Shown here: piece by piece, positions 30,352 to 39,504 of the stretch
Layout: the number at the start of each line of letters is the position of its first letter
Numbering within the stretch: position 1 is the first letter of the stretch
Virus record (IMG/VR): IMGVR_UViG_3300013296_000013
Location: 1 to 64,000 of that record
Source: a virus
Taxonomy: Duplodnaviria > Caudoviricetes
DNA length: 64,000 bases
Strand: one strand, 5' to 3'
Notes under the pieces: model-generated
Database searches by the model: none
The model's input: the letters and a program-made list of their open reading frames with translations, nothing else
What the model was told of the DNA's origin: nothing
Translations under genes and position numbers: made by a program

Positions 30352-30799
30352 GGGCTTCTTTGGTGAGTATCGATGGCTATCGAATTTCTGGTATTCAAAA
30401 TTCAATGTGCACGGGCTCGAATATGAAACTGTCGAACACTACTACCAATCGCAAAAATCGATACATCCCGATGAACGGGAAGAGATCCGTCTTTGTGGTT
30501 GTCCTAGCAAAGCAAAGTTTCTGGGTCGCAAAGTAGTCGATATAGATCCGACTTTCATGAAGAATCGGATCTTTATCATGCGAATGGGAATCGAGTGTAA
30601 GTTCGACCAAAATTATGAACTGCGTGATCGACTTATATCGACAGGATATCAACACCTTGAAGAAGCCAACACATGGGGCGATACTTTTTGGGGAACGGTT
30701 GATGGACAAGGAACCAATCATCTCGGTAGGCTCCTGATGGAGGCCCGTGCCGGACTTATCTTGGAACAGCAATTTTATGGCAATCAAAATTATTCATAA
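30344..30799 (+). CDS. NADAR-family protein
   Basis: F.GEYRWLSNF, TVEHYYQSQK, KFDQN.EL...L.STG...EEANTWGDTFWG...GTNHLGRLLM. Confidence 0.95.
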   Translation: MIKGFFGEYRWLSNFWYSKFNVHGLEYETVEHYYQSQKSIHPDEREEIRLCGCPSKAKFLGRKVVDIDPTFMKNRIFIMRMGIECKFDQNYELRDRLISTGYQHLEEANTWGDTFWGTVDGQGTNHLGRLLMEARAGLILEQQFYGNQNYS

Positions 30800-31034
30800 G
30801 GGCGTCCCGCCGGCTTCGATCAAGTACGAGTGTACGTGTTCTAACTGCAGCACCGTTCTTGAGTTTCAAAAGAGCGATGCTCGTGTAGTCGATGATCGCA
30901 CCGAGACCGCTTACATCGTCAACTGTCCTGTATGCTTCAAGGACATCTATAACGCTTCTTTGAAGCGCGCGAGCAACTTTCGCAGTGCTACTGCGAACCA
31001 TCCAGACTTCGGGCCTACCTGGCTAGATCGATAA
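30777..31034 (+). CDS. Small zinc-ribbon protein
   Basis: CSNC and CPVC pairs. Confidence 0.7.
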   Translation: MAIKIIHKGVPPASIKYECTCSNCSTVLEFQKSDARVVDDRTETAYIVNCPVCFKDIYNASLKRASNFRSATANHPDFGPTWLDR

Positions 31035-31102
31035 TAAAAGTGGGTTGACATTTATTCCCACTTATAGTATAGTTTACTTATCTTAAGAGGATCTCCTACA
31101 TC

Positions 31103-31591
31103 ATGAAAGCTTCATTGAAGCAAAAGTGGCTTGAAGCCCTTCGCTCTGGAAACTACGAGCAGGCAATAGGTCTGCTTTGTCAATACGAAATGAGAGAAGG
31201 CCAAGTTGTTCCTCGGGGATATTGTTGTCTCGGCGTTTTGTGTGATGTCATGGATCCTACTAAGTGGAAACTCGACGGGGTTCGGCTTTCATCTGTGATC
31301 TATAACTTCTATTCTCCAGAAAATGCTTCGGACAACTGGATGCAAAACAATGCTACATCTATTCCAGTCGACATCTGTGATGACCTCGGCCTGAATGGTA
31401 TCAAGCGCATCGAGTGTTTCGACGAAGAGGGCTTCTTCTCTCACGAACAGGAGATGACTATCGCTAATGCTCTAATGAACTTCAATGATGAGCGTGGCTG
31501 GGATTTCAACGATATCGCTGACTGGATCGAAGCTAACGTTCCAGAGGAAGATGATAGCATCGAAGAAACGATGCATCAGGAAGATTGTTAA
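31103..31591 (+). CDS. Hypothetical protein, 'ALRSG/CCLGVLC' family paralog 1
   Basis: WLEALRSGNY...CCLGVLC...FND...FNDIADWIEANVP; own promoter at 31045. Confidence 0.85.
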   Translation: MKASLKQKWLEALRSGNYEQAIGLLCQYEMREGQVVPRGYCCLGVLCDVMDPTKWKLDGVRLSSVIYNFYSPENASDNWMQNNATSIPVDICDDLGLNGIKRIECFDEEGFFSHEQEMTIANALMNFNDERGWDFNDIADWIEANVPEEDDSIEETMHQEDC

Positions 31592-31601
31592 GGAGACAGA
31601 C

Positions 31602-31658
31602 ATGCTGATCGCAGGTATTATTATCGGCGTACTCGGTTATCACCTCTTCAGGAAGTGA
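31602..31658 (+). CDS. 18-aa membrane micropeptide
   Basis: MLIAGIIIGVLGYHLFRK with AAGGAG RBS 6 nt upstream. Confidence 0.6.
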   Translation: MLIAGIIIGVLGYHLFRK

Positions 31659-31662
31659 TGCC

Positions 31663-31986
31663 ATGAGCTTGGTTCAGATCGTCGACATCTACTCTAAAAG
31701 AGTCCAAGATGGACGCACATGTAGAGACATCTTTCGGCATCTTGTCGGAGAGGTTAACGAGCTGAACCAGGAAATCATCTGGGAAGTCGAAGGTCTTCCG
31801 CCCGGAGATGACGGGGTTGTCGGCGAGTGTATCGATGTGATAGCTTGCTGCATCGATATCATCCTTCAAAAGAACAAGAACGTGCCGTTAGAAGTGCTCG
31901 AGCCTATCCTCGAAGAACTCATGGCGCAGAAGTGCCAGAAGTGGGTCTATAAGACACTCACGGGCGCGTACGACCTAGGAAGATAA
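31663..31986 (+). CDS. MazG-like nucleotide pyrophosphohydrolase
   Basis: HLVGEVNEL...VGECIDVI (ExxE...ExxD). Confidence 0.8.
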   Translation: MSLVQIVDIYSKRVQDGRTCRDIFRHLVGEVNELNQEIIWEVEGLPPGDDGVVGECIDVIACCIDIILQKNKNVPLEVLEPILEELMAQKCQKWVYKTLTGAYDLGR

Positions 31987-32385
31987 ATGCCAGTTGACTG
32001 GAAGAAGCCGCTCGAATGGAGCGATGGCACGCCTATCATACAAGTTGTAGAACTCAGCGGTTCATGGATGGACTATCACGTCTATCCTGGACGTCCTGGC
32101 ACTGGCTGGGAGTACAGCGGTGCGTATGCTAACGGCACTACTGGTGCTGATCTATTTGTTCGCAATGCAAAGGTGAAAGAAGAAGTGGCTTACAACGAAT
32201 CTCGCTTCCGCCATATGGAAGACCAAGACCTCGCCGACGAACTCAAGGAAGCCGAAGCTCAACTCGAGGCTATCAGTGAAGAGCTGATGAACCGTGAGTA
32301 CGAGATCGATGGCGGCCGTTATGATGTTCCGAACGCGCAGAGCATCACCAAGACCATCGAGCTCGAGATCAACTGCCGCAGGTAG
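31987..32385 (+). CDS. Hypothetical protein
   Basis: 132-aa ORF abutting the MazG-like gene. Confidence 0.7.
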   Translation: MPVDWKKPLEWSDGTPIIQVVELSGSWMDYHVYPGRPGTGWEYSGAYANGTTGADLFVRNAKVKEEVAYNESRFRHMEDQDLADELKEAEAQLEAISEELMNREYEIDGGRYDVPNAQSITKTIELEINCRR

Positions 32386-32604
32386 TCTCTCCCATTCGGG
32401 AATTTTTCGAGGGTCCATTTTTGTGTCATCTACTACATGTACTTCCGAAGAAAGAGCAAGACAGATGTCTTGTTGGCGAGAGCTAACTTTGAAATGTCTT
32501 GGTAGTAGTTGTATGGCCTGGCAGAAGCTTCAGGTATACAACCATGAAAAGCGCGTTGTGGAAGACGATCCGGTGTGGGGTTTCTGTAAGGCTTTGAAAT
32601 AGAT

Positions 32605-32854
32605 ATGATCTTCGTAAAACTACTGATCATCTCAATAGGTGTGATGAGTGGCGGATTTATCGCCCACTGTGTCTATCGAATCCATAAAGATACGGATATA
32701 ATCGAATGATATTCTATTTTGCAGGCATAGCGGTACTGTTCTTCGTGCTTACGCACACGCGACAGAGCACGTGATGTTTATTCTTTATTTACCGCTATTA
32801 GCGTTCATCATATTGATAGCTTGTGATGTGATCTTGGGAGACGATGATGATTGA
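32605..32854 (+). CDS. Three coupled membrane micropeptides (32605-32709, 32706-32774, 32774-32854)
   Basis: MIFVKLLIISIGVMSGGFIAHCVYRIHKDTDIIE; MIFYFAGIAVLFFVLTHTRQST; MFILYLPLLAFIILIACDVILGDDDD. Joined by ATGA and TGATG overlaps. Confidence 0.6.
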
Positions 32855-33172
32855 GAGTACTCTCACAAGAGCTGAAAGAGACGACTGGGTAGGCGCTCTT
32901 CGTAGTGGTGAGTATCCTCAGTTTCACGGTGGTTGGGCACCGGCTTCAGAAAATCTGCGATCGCAGAAACTGGTTTCTGTTGTCTGAACGTTTTAGCTCA
33001 TCGCCTCACTGGTCATGCTGTGTATGATATTATGGTTGATAATATAGCTGATATCGTTCTTAGTAAGTTTCCGAATGGATCTCCATTAGCTAGATATAAT
33101 GATATCAACAAGCTGAGTTTCAAAGAGATCTCAGACATCATCATGAAAGAAGTGAGTGTTATCGATGGATAA
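32847..33172 (+). pseudogene. Frameshifted 'ALRSG/CCL' family paralog 2
   Basis: One frame reads MIESTLTRAERDDWVGALRSGEYPQ... and stops at 32987; the -1 frame carries GFCCLNVL...YND...SFKEISDII. Confidence 0.75.
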
Positions 33173-33539
33173 AGAACTACTAACTAAGTGGCTCGCTGCT
33201 CTTCGTAGCGGTAACTATAAGCAGACCAAATACGCTCTACGCGAGATAGATAAGTGTGACGACACTAGTCACTGCTGTCTTGGTGTCCTCTGCGAGATCG
33301 TCGACCCAAGTAGGTTCGACGAAAGTGGCTGGTATAAGTTTCCAGACGGTTCTATTCATGAATCAGTTCTTAGCTCTACGTTCGCCCGTGATCTCGGCCT
33401 GGATGTTAAAGTCGATAAGATCGACGGAACACAAGCTACGATCGCCGAAGTGCTCATGGAGATGAACGATGATCAGAACATGACTTTCGCTGATATCGCT
33501 GATTTTATCGAGAAAGAACTGGGAGTTATCGATGCTTAA
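33165..33539 (+). CDS. 'ALRSG/CCLGVLC' family paralog 3
   Basis: WLAALRSGNYKQ...CCLGVLC...MNDDQNMTFADIADFIE. Confidence 0.85.
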   Translation: MDKELLTKWLAALRSGNYKQTKYALREIDKCDDTSHCCLGVLCEIVDPSRFDESGWYKFPDGSIHESVLSSTFARDLGLDVKVDKIDGTQATIAEVLMEMNDDQNMTFADIADFIEKELGVIDA

Positions 33540-34104
33540 GAGTCTTCGTGATGAATGGTTAGCCGCTCTGCGTAGTGGCAAGTACGCTAAAACTACTGGT
33601 CAACTGCGCACTACCAAGCATAGCGGCGAGCAGAGTTTCTGCTGCCTGGGCGTCCTGTGTAACGTGATGGATCCGAATCGCTATATCGCTGATAACGATC
33701 AATATCACTTCGCGAACGGTGATATTTCGGTTGCCGGTATCGTTCCTCCTGTAGCCGACGAGCTTCGACTGTCAGATCGTCGTGAGTACAGCTTCTATGA
33801 TAACACTCCGGTTTCGGCGAGCATCGATGCTATTCTTGTCCATATGAACGACGGCGAGAGCAAGAGCTTCGCTGAGATCGCCGACTGGATCGAGGCTAAC
33901 GTGCCGGTCGAGGAAGATCCCAACACGGATAAGCCTTCTCCGGTCATCGATCTCGAATATCTCGAGAGCATCCTCGACTCCTTCAAGAACGACCCTGCCG
34001 ATACTCCCTATCAGCTCGGTTACCTGATGGCTATCGTCGAGCTGTATAAGAACATCGGCGGTGATCTGTTCGCGAGGTACGGCAATGACTCTCTCCAAGG
34101 TTGA
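33532..34104 (+). CDS. 'ALRSG/CCLGVLC' family paralog 4 with C-terminal extension
   Basis: WLAALRSGKY...CCLGVLC...MNDGESKSFAEIADWIEANVP plus an extra ~60 aa. Confidence 0.85.
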   Translation: MLKSLRDEWLAALRSGKYAKTTGQLRTTKHSGEQSFCCLGVLCNVMDPNRYIADNDQYHFANGDISVAGIVPPVADELRLSDRREYSFYDNTPVSASIDAILVHMNDGESKSFAEIADWIEANVPVEEDPNTDKPSPVIDLEYLESILDSFKNDPADTPYQLGYLMAIVELYKNIGGDLFARYGNDSLQG

Positions 34105-34285
34105 GAAGAAGTTCGATAAGCTTATCGAACGCTTCGCTTATAAACTCGAGAACTCAGTAACGCCAGTTCCAGGCCTGATCATCGGCCTGAGTGGCACCGA
34201 TTCGATCGTGTCCTACATGGCCGCCATATGTGCTGTGCGAGTATCCGAACTCGAAGACCGCATTCCTATTCTTGGTGTCCACTAG
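34085..34285 (+). pseudogene. Truncated PP-loop ATP pyrophosphatase (NAD synthetase NadE-like N-terminus)
   Basis: GLIIGLSGTDSIV...ILGVH then stop; 66 aa versus ~250-280 aa for NadE. Confidence 0.55.
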
Positions 34286-34304
34286 ATTTTCCGAAGGAAG
34301 TTAG

Positions 34305-34535
34305 TTGATCACTGCTATCGTCATCATGTTGATCTGTTTCGGTCTCTTAGTCGTACTGTCGGAGGAATGATATGATCTGGGCTTTTGTTTTAGTACTAGT
34401 GATCGTTCTTATCGTTAACGTCGAGGACCGATAATGATCGTACTCATCTTCATCATCATCCTGCTCTTCCTACTACCGATCGAGTACTGGCTAGTAGTTC
34501 TGCTGTTCTATCTTCTACTGTCACACGCTGTATGA
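34305..34535 (+). CDS. Three coupled membrane micropeptides (34305-34370, 34372-34434, 34434-34535)
   Basis: MITAIVIMLICFGLLVVLSEE; MIWAFVLVLVIVLIVNVEDR; MIVLIFIIILLFLLPIEYWLVVLLFYLLLSHAV. Each has an SD (AAGGA/GGAGG/GAGGA) and a coupled junction. Confidence 0.65.
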
Positions 34536-35409
34536 TCAAGTATAACGCTATCTTCTATGAGTACGTATGTAATACTCTAATAGATTGGGAGAAGGACATC
34601 GTTAATTATCGTAATAATCCTACCGCGTACATCAAGATGTATCAGGATATCAAACTTCTGCGCGAGCTGAAAGAAGAGCTGAACTCGGCTCGTCCTGTAT
34701 ACGAATATCCGGACTTCTGATATGCTGTTTGTCTGTGTAAACGCTGGTCACTACCTGATTATCCTCAACGATACTGTCGTAGCTGAGATCGATCGCGTCT
34801 ACGCTAACGACAAGTACTACAAGTGGCCGAAGCAGATCTACCGAGTGAAGTGGCGGTCTGTTCTTCGTACTCTATACGAGGACAAAGACTTCGACACTCT
34901 CGCAGACATCCACAAAGAGTATCACTTTCGTAACTACAAGGGATACAACAAGGTGCTAGCACGATGATCAAGATTCGAACCGACAAGCATCAGCGTCACT
35001 ACGCTGTAATAGACACCGACAAGATCAGTCATATCAGCTACCACAACTCGAAGCTGCACAACGTTCACTTCGATAACGGTAGTCATATTCAGATCAGTGG
35101 ATACGACATCGACGAGCTGACCGAGATCTTAGACCTATACGTCGAAGACAACACCGGCGACAAGCTCGATCCATGAGCTATAAGCACAAAGTCGAGCTAG
35201 CGACTTTTCTAGATCCTGATAAGATCAGACGATATGCCGACGTCCAACACATCTGCGACGATGGTTACGTGATCGTTGTTTCGGACAATAAGTTCATGAG
35301 TATCCACATGAGCAAACTTACTCCATACGATCCTACTCTAATAGAGTATCGTAACATCGGTCAAGCTGACTGGCATCGATATGAAGAGTTAGGTATTCAG
35401 CTTGACTGA
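34532..35409 (+). CDS. Four coupled small hypothetical proteins (34532-34720, 34722-34967, 34964-35176, 35173-35409)
   Basis: Tightly packed ORFs with ATGA overlaps. Confidence 0.7.
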
Positions 35410-35575
35410 AGAAAAGATGCTTCGCGATATCGCTTTTAATCTAGCGATGTGCGATATGGAATCTGGTAAAGACATCGACTACGCTCATCTAGATGATGCG
35501 AAAGAAATGGCTGACAAATGTGTCTAGAAATCGAGGGTCCTAGGAGATTTGAACGCCGTAGACCCATATTGAAAG

Positions 35576-35815
35576 ATGTTATCGATGGCAAAGCGTCTTG
35601 AGCAAGACGGAAAGTTCTTCCGTTTTCGTCGCGGAAAACTAGTGGAGATCCCGATGGAGTGGGTCGGTAATACTACTCACGCTCAGACTATCCGTAAACG
35701 ACCAAGCAAACTCACGCACAAGCGCAGACTCGCGGAGAAGTCTTCGAACAAGGTAAAACTAAGCAAAAGCAACTGCGGGAAAATTTTGAACGAGGCAATA
35801 GGGCCACTTCTGTAA
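35576..35815 (+). CDS. Small basic hypothetical protein
   Basis: FFRFRRGKLVEIP.EWVG.TT..QTIRKR; Lys/Arg-rich. Confidence 0.6.
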   Translation: MLSMAKRLEQDGKFFRFRRGKLVEIPMEWVGNTTHAQTIRKRPSKLTHKRRLAEKSSNKVKLSKSNCGKILNEAIGPLL

Positions 35816-36010
35816 CGCACTGTTTCACTACTGCGTTATACTGAAAACTTCTGCTTTACGCATTGAGTCGCGCGTTGAATAGTTCTGAAAAATTCTGACT
35901 CGAACGAAGGGATCAATGGACCCTCATGGATACCAACAAAAGGGGAACCCAAGGGACCCTATCGAAAGGCACATGGCCCTTGTTCTGAGTCCCTTGTAAT
36001 GCCTCGCAAT

Positions 36011-36040
36011 AGGGAGGCCACCCTCTCGAGCGACCTCCCT
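36011..36040. terminator. Hairpin at the convergence of the + and - accessory blocks
   Basis: AGGGAGG...CCTCCCT stem just after the stop of 36048-36455; weak U-tract. Confidence 0.55.
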
Positions 36041-36047
36041 CAGTGCC

Positions 36048-36455
36048 TCACTTCGCCTTGCGACCGGGCTTCTTCGGGCCTTCGATGGCGAGGACCGGAG
36101 CCGGTTCGACCACCTCGAACTCCCCGTCGACCGATTCGAGTTGCTTCATTTCCATCTCGGCAAGGGCCTGCGCCTCGTAGGCCGCGACGGCATCGTCGCC
36201 CAGGAGAATGAAACGGTGGGCCGAATCGTGGCGAATATCGTCCTGGCGAACACCGTCCTTCATCACCTCGCCGATCGTACGACCACCCTCGAAGTAACCC
36301 TCGAACCGAGTGAACGACTGGGTGTTCTTACCCTTGGGGTTGTAGTCGATGTTGAGGAAGAGAGGCGTCGCGGCCTTGATCTCGTTCTTGGTGGGTTCCC
36401 GACCGTTGTTGGCCGAGGTGAAGGTCTCGATGAAAGCGTTCATCCACTTTGCCAT
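36048..36455 (-). CDS. Hypothetical early protein, 'NPK...GDDAV' family paralog A
   Basis: NPKGKNTQSFTRFEGY...GVRQDDIRHD...FILLGDDAV; GC-rich codons; own promoter and TTGGAG RBS. Confidence 0.85.
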   Translation of the reverse strand: MAKWMNAFIETFTSANNGREPTKNEIKAATPLFLNIDYNPKGKNTQSFTRFEGYFEGGRTIGEVMKDGVRQDDIRHDSAHRFILLGDDAVAAYEAQALAEMEMKQLESVDGEFEVVEPAPVLAIEGPKKPGRKAK

Positions 36456-36627
36456 TTCGTATCTCCAATCGCATCATCCGGGAACCCCTTGTTCCCCTTT
36501 GATGTTACCATTCTATCAAACACCTTGCACCTTGTAAACAAGTATTTTCAATCGAACCAAAAATAATTTGCATTGAAAATGGGTTGACATTTCGAACGGA
36601 TCGTGTTAGGCGCGCGGCCCAGTGATA

Positions 36628-36873
36628 TCATATGGTGAAGGTGCCGTCGCCATGGTCGACCTCGCCACCATGCAGCATCTCGGCCTCGTCGGACCTCTCG
36701 ACGTCGAAGCCACGACAGAACGACTCCGTAGCGTCTCTCATGCGATCTGTGATGCCGAAACGACGCAGCCCGTAATCGACGCTGAGGCCGGCAAGATACG
36801 CCTGCCGGCCTGCATCGAACGGTGTGATATCTGGCTGCGGACCGATCGCCGGTTCCTTGCGTGCGACTCTCAT
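36628..36873 (-). CDS. Hypothetical protein
   Basis: MRVARKEP... with GGAG RBS. Confidence 0.6.
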   Translation of the reverse strand: MRVARKEPAIGPQPDITPFDAGRQAYLAGLSVDYGLRRFGITDRMRDATESFCRGFDVERSDEAEMLHGGEVDHGDGTFTI

Positions 36874-36937
36874 CGTGCTACTCCATTGTGTTCTGCTATA
36901 GCGAGCGCTAGCCACTCGGCCGTCTTCTGACTCACGA

Positions 36938-37084
36938 TCAGCCGATGTACTCGATCTCGGCCGCATCGACCTTCACGGTCTCGCCATTGTCCAGCCGCAC
37001 GATAGCCAGAGGATCGCCGCCCAGTGCACCCTCGATATCCAGGAGCTCGCCGGTGTTGTTGTCCGATTTGATCTTGATACGCAT
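36938..37084 (-). CDS. 48-aa small beta-rich protein (not in ORF track)
   Basis: MRIKIKSDNNTGELLDIEGALGGDPLAIVRLDNGETVKVDAAEIEYIG; AAGGA RBS; TTTACA-17-TATACT promoter at 37140-37112. Confidence 0.75.
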   Translation of the reverse strand: MRIKIKSDNNTGELLDIEGALGGDPLAIVRLDNGETVKVDAAEIEYIG

Positions 37085-37355
37085 GGTGTTGTTCCTTTCC
37101 ACTATGATAACAGTATATCACAGCAGATGGCGGTTGTAAACTAACAAATTTAAGCGAGATCGCGAACGCACGAAGATGATCGAACGCACGGACGGTGTCG
37201 ATGTTGCCCAATAAGCGCACATGGATAAGAACGTGCGCTTGGACTGGCGTTTTTCTGACAGGGATTTATCTATGCATTGCGCGCACGATCATATACAGCG
37301 CTCTGTTATAGATGGTTGACGTTTCTAAGACGCCGATCTAGGATGGGTGTAGCTA

Positions 37356-37402
37356 TTACAGTACGAAGTACTCTTACAGTACGAAGTACTCTTACAGTAC
37401 GA
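37356..37402 (+). repeat. 18-bp tandem repeat x2.6 (TTACAGTACGAAGTACTC)
   Basis: Units at 37356-73, 37374-91 and partial 37392-402; each full unit contains an AGTAC-GAA-GTACT hairpin. Confidence 0.95.
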
Positions 37403-38056
37403 CGTCCTTCTGTTCTAGGATGTAAGTGATCTCGTCGGCTACGAACTCGCCTACGTGCATCGAGTCTTCGTCTATCTGTTCGTCGCAGTCTTCGGCTACA
37501 GCATTCCACGCTTTGTTTCTGTCGCTGAATATGCCGAGGCAAGTAACCTCGCCTGGATAGCCGCCCGAACAGTCGTGCTTCATCATAACGAACATCAGAA
37601 CAGCTCCTTCGATTCGATCTGTACGTAGAAGTGATTTTGGTGAGTGATCGAGCCGTAGCGACTGTGGCTCTTCTGATAGACGTTACCGTCGTACGAGTAG
37701 AACTCGGTAGCGATCTCGTTTGCCGTAGCCGATCGTTCGCGTACGTGTTGGCCGAGTGGGTTCTCCAGCACGATGGCGTGGGTGTGACTCTCCTCGTCGA
37801 TCATCTGGCTGATCGCGTCCTCGACACTGATGTCGAGTTGATCTAGAGTGAAGCCGGCCGGTTCGATGACCAGTTCGCCGATCTCGTCGAGGTACGGTTC
37901 GATCTGGTCGCGCATGAGGTCGGCGAGCGTCGACACGTTCTTCGCCTCGATGATGTCGAGTACCTGCCTCGACTCGTCATTGGCCTCGCTCTCGAACAGG
38001 ACGACACGGATCGCTTTGGGCGAGTGGCGATATGCGTTCATCGAGTAGCTTGTCAT
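37392..38056 (-). CDS. Two acidic early hypothetical proteins (37595-38056, 37392-37595)
   Basis: Coupled ORFs downstream of TTGACA-17-TATAAT (38113-38085). Confidence 0.75.
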
Positions 38057-38122
38057 CGTTGGTTTCCCTTACCTTGTTAAACCCATTATAAGGGAGTTTG
38101 TTCGAAATGTCAACCGACTATC

Positions 38123-38577
38123 TCAGCTCCACATCACGTCGGGGCGGTTCGCTCGATCTCGAGCAGCATGGCCGGGATCGTTCGACGACAGGCCGATGTA
38201 GTGACCGTCGACGTTGTGAGTCAGCGGGACGAACTGGCTGAAGAGACGTGCGTAGTAGTGTACGCGCTTCCTCCAGCGACGGACGCGAGCTCGCTTCTGC
38301 TTCTTCATGACAGTGCTCCTTATGCGGGGCGATAACGGCCGACGAGCTCGTTCGCGTTCTTCGCGGCGACCTGCACTTCGTAGCGCTTGCCGTCGACTTC
38401 GATCTTGAACGTGAACGTCGCGCTAGACGATTCGAGAACCTTGACGCCGTACGTCTTCTCGAAGGAGGCGACGTAATCGTTCCAGTCCTCGTACTGCTTC
38501 TCGTCCTGCCAGCGCTCGTACAGGTAGAAGAAGTGATTGCTGTTGATGATCGTGGTGAGAACTGCAGGAACGGACAT
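38123..38577 (-). CDS. Two early hypothetical proteins (38320-38577, 38123-38308)
   Basis: Starts MSVPAV... and MKKQKR... with AAGGA/AAGGAG RBS; promoter 38634-38606. Confidence 0.7.
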
Positions 38578-38635
38578 CGTTTGTATCCTTGCTGTTGATA
38601 CACCCATTATAAGGGTGTTTGTACGAAATGTCAAC

Positions 38636-39152
38636 TCACGTTTCGTACACGAGGAAGTAGTTATCGCCCTTCTTGAAGCCGTTGATGCGATCGAACTGAT
38701 CGACCCAAATCTCGTCGCCGACCACGATCTCCTGATCGGCGGCGTTGCTGACGGCAGCGTACGACTCCTGTTCGGAGTGCAGCGCGGTCCACTTGAACCG
38801 GTCGTTCCAGCTGTCGAACTGCGTCTTCGGCACTGAATATAGCGATGCACAGTGCTATACGTGGTCATAAAGCGTCAAAGCCTCTTCTGCTCGAGATTGT
38901 TATAGCGACGGAAACCGGTCTCTGCGCGAACGAGAATGTACTCCCATTCGCCCTTACCAGCGAGACCATTCATCCAGCGATGAGCGTTCTGTTCTGCGTC
39001 GTCAATGTCGCGCCCTTCGATGGTCTTGGATTTGTATCCGAACATGCTGCCGGCGACGGTGTAGAACAGGATGAAGCGCTCCATCAGTGCATATCCTCGA
39101 ACGCGCAGATGATAGCTGCGACAGCGGCTGGAATAACGAAGAACAAATACAT
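38636..39152 (-). CDS. Early operon: 22-aa membrane micropeptide (39084-39152), 69-aa ORF (38875-39084), 65-aa ORF (38636-38833)
   Basis: MYLFFVIPAAVAAIICAFEDMH coupled by TGATG to MERFIL...; promoter 39209-39181. Confidence 0.65.
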
Positions 39153-39217
39153 CGTCCGTTTCCTTCCATTTGATATAGTGATACTAACACCATATGGAGA
39201 AAACGTCAACGGCTATA

Positions 39218-39445
39218 TTATGACTCTTGCGCCTTTCGTGCATGAGCGGTGACCCATCCGCTCATATAGTGCATCATCTTCTGCGTGTCGTCGTCACTCC
39301 CATTGTGCATAACGTGACGAATGCACTGAGCAGCAAGTTCGTATTGGATGTCGTTCGGAATAGCGAGCCGACCGATCTCCTGGTTCTTGTCGTCATTGAG
39401 GTATATCGACGGCCCGGTGATTCCGTAGTGGACCTGCAGTTTCAT
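39218..39445 (-). CDS. Early hypothetical protein
   Basis: Own promoter (39501-39473) and GGAG RBS. Confidence 0.7.
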   Translation of the reverse strand: MKLQVHYGITGPSIYLNDDKNQEIGRLAIPNDIQYELAAQCIRHVMHNGSDDDTQKMMHYMSGWVTAHARKAQES

Positions 39446-39504
39446 GACTTGATAACTCCGATTGATATAGTCAGTATACTACATCTCGGTATTGATGTAA
39501 ACTG

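Noticed and set aside
37356-37402. CRISPR-like array
   Set aside because: The 18-bp units are directly adjacent with no spacers, and no cas genes were seen.
38578-38868. N-terminal extension of the 182-aa ORF 38320-38868 (likewise 47365-47424, 48217-48264, 50381-50452)
   Set aside because: Each extension crosses a promoter, terminator or another gene; better starts with SD sequences lie downstream.
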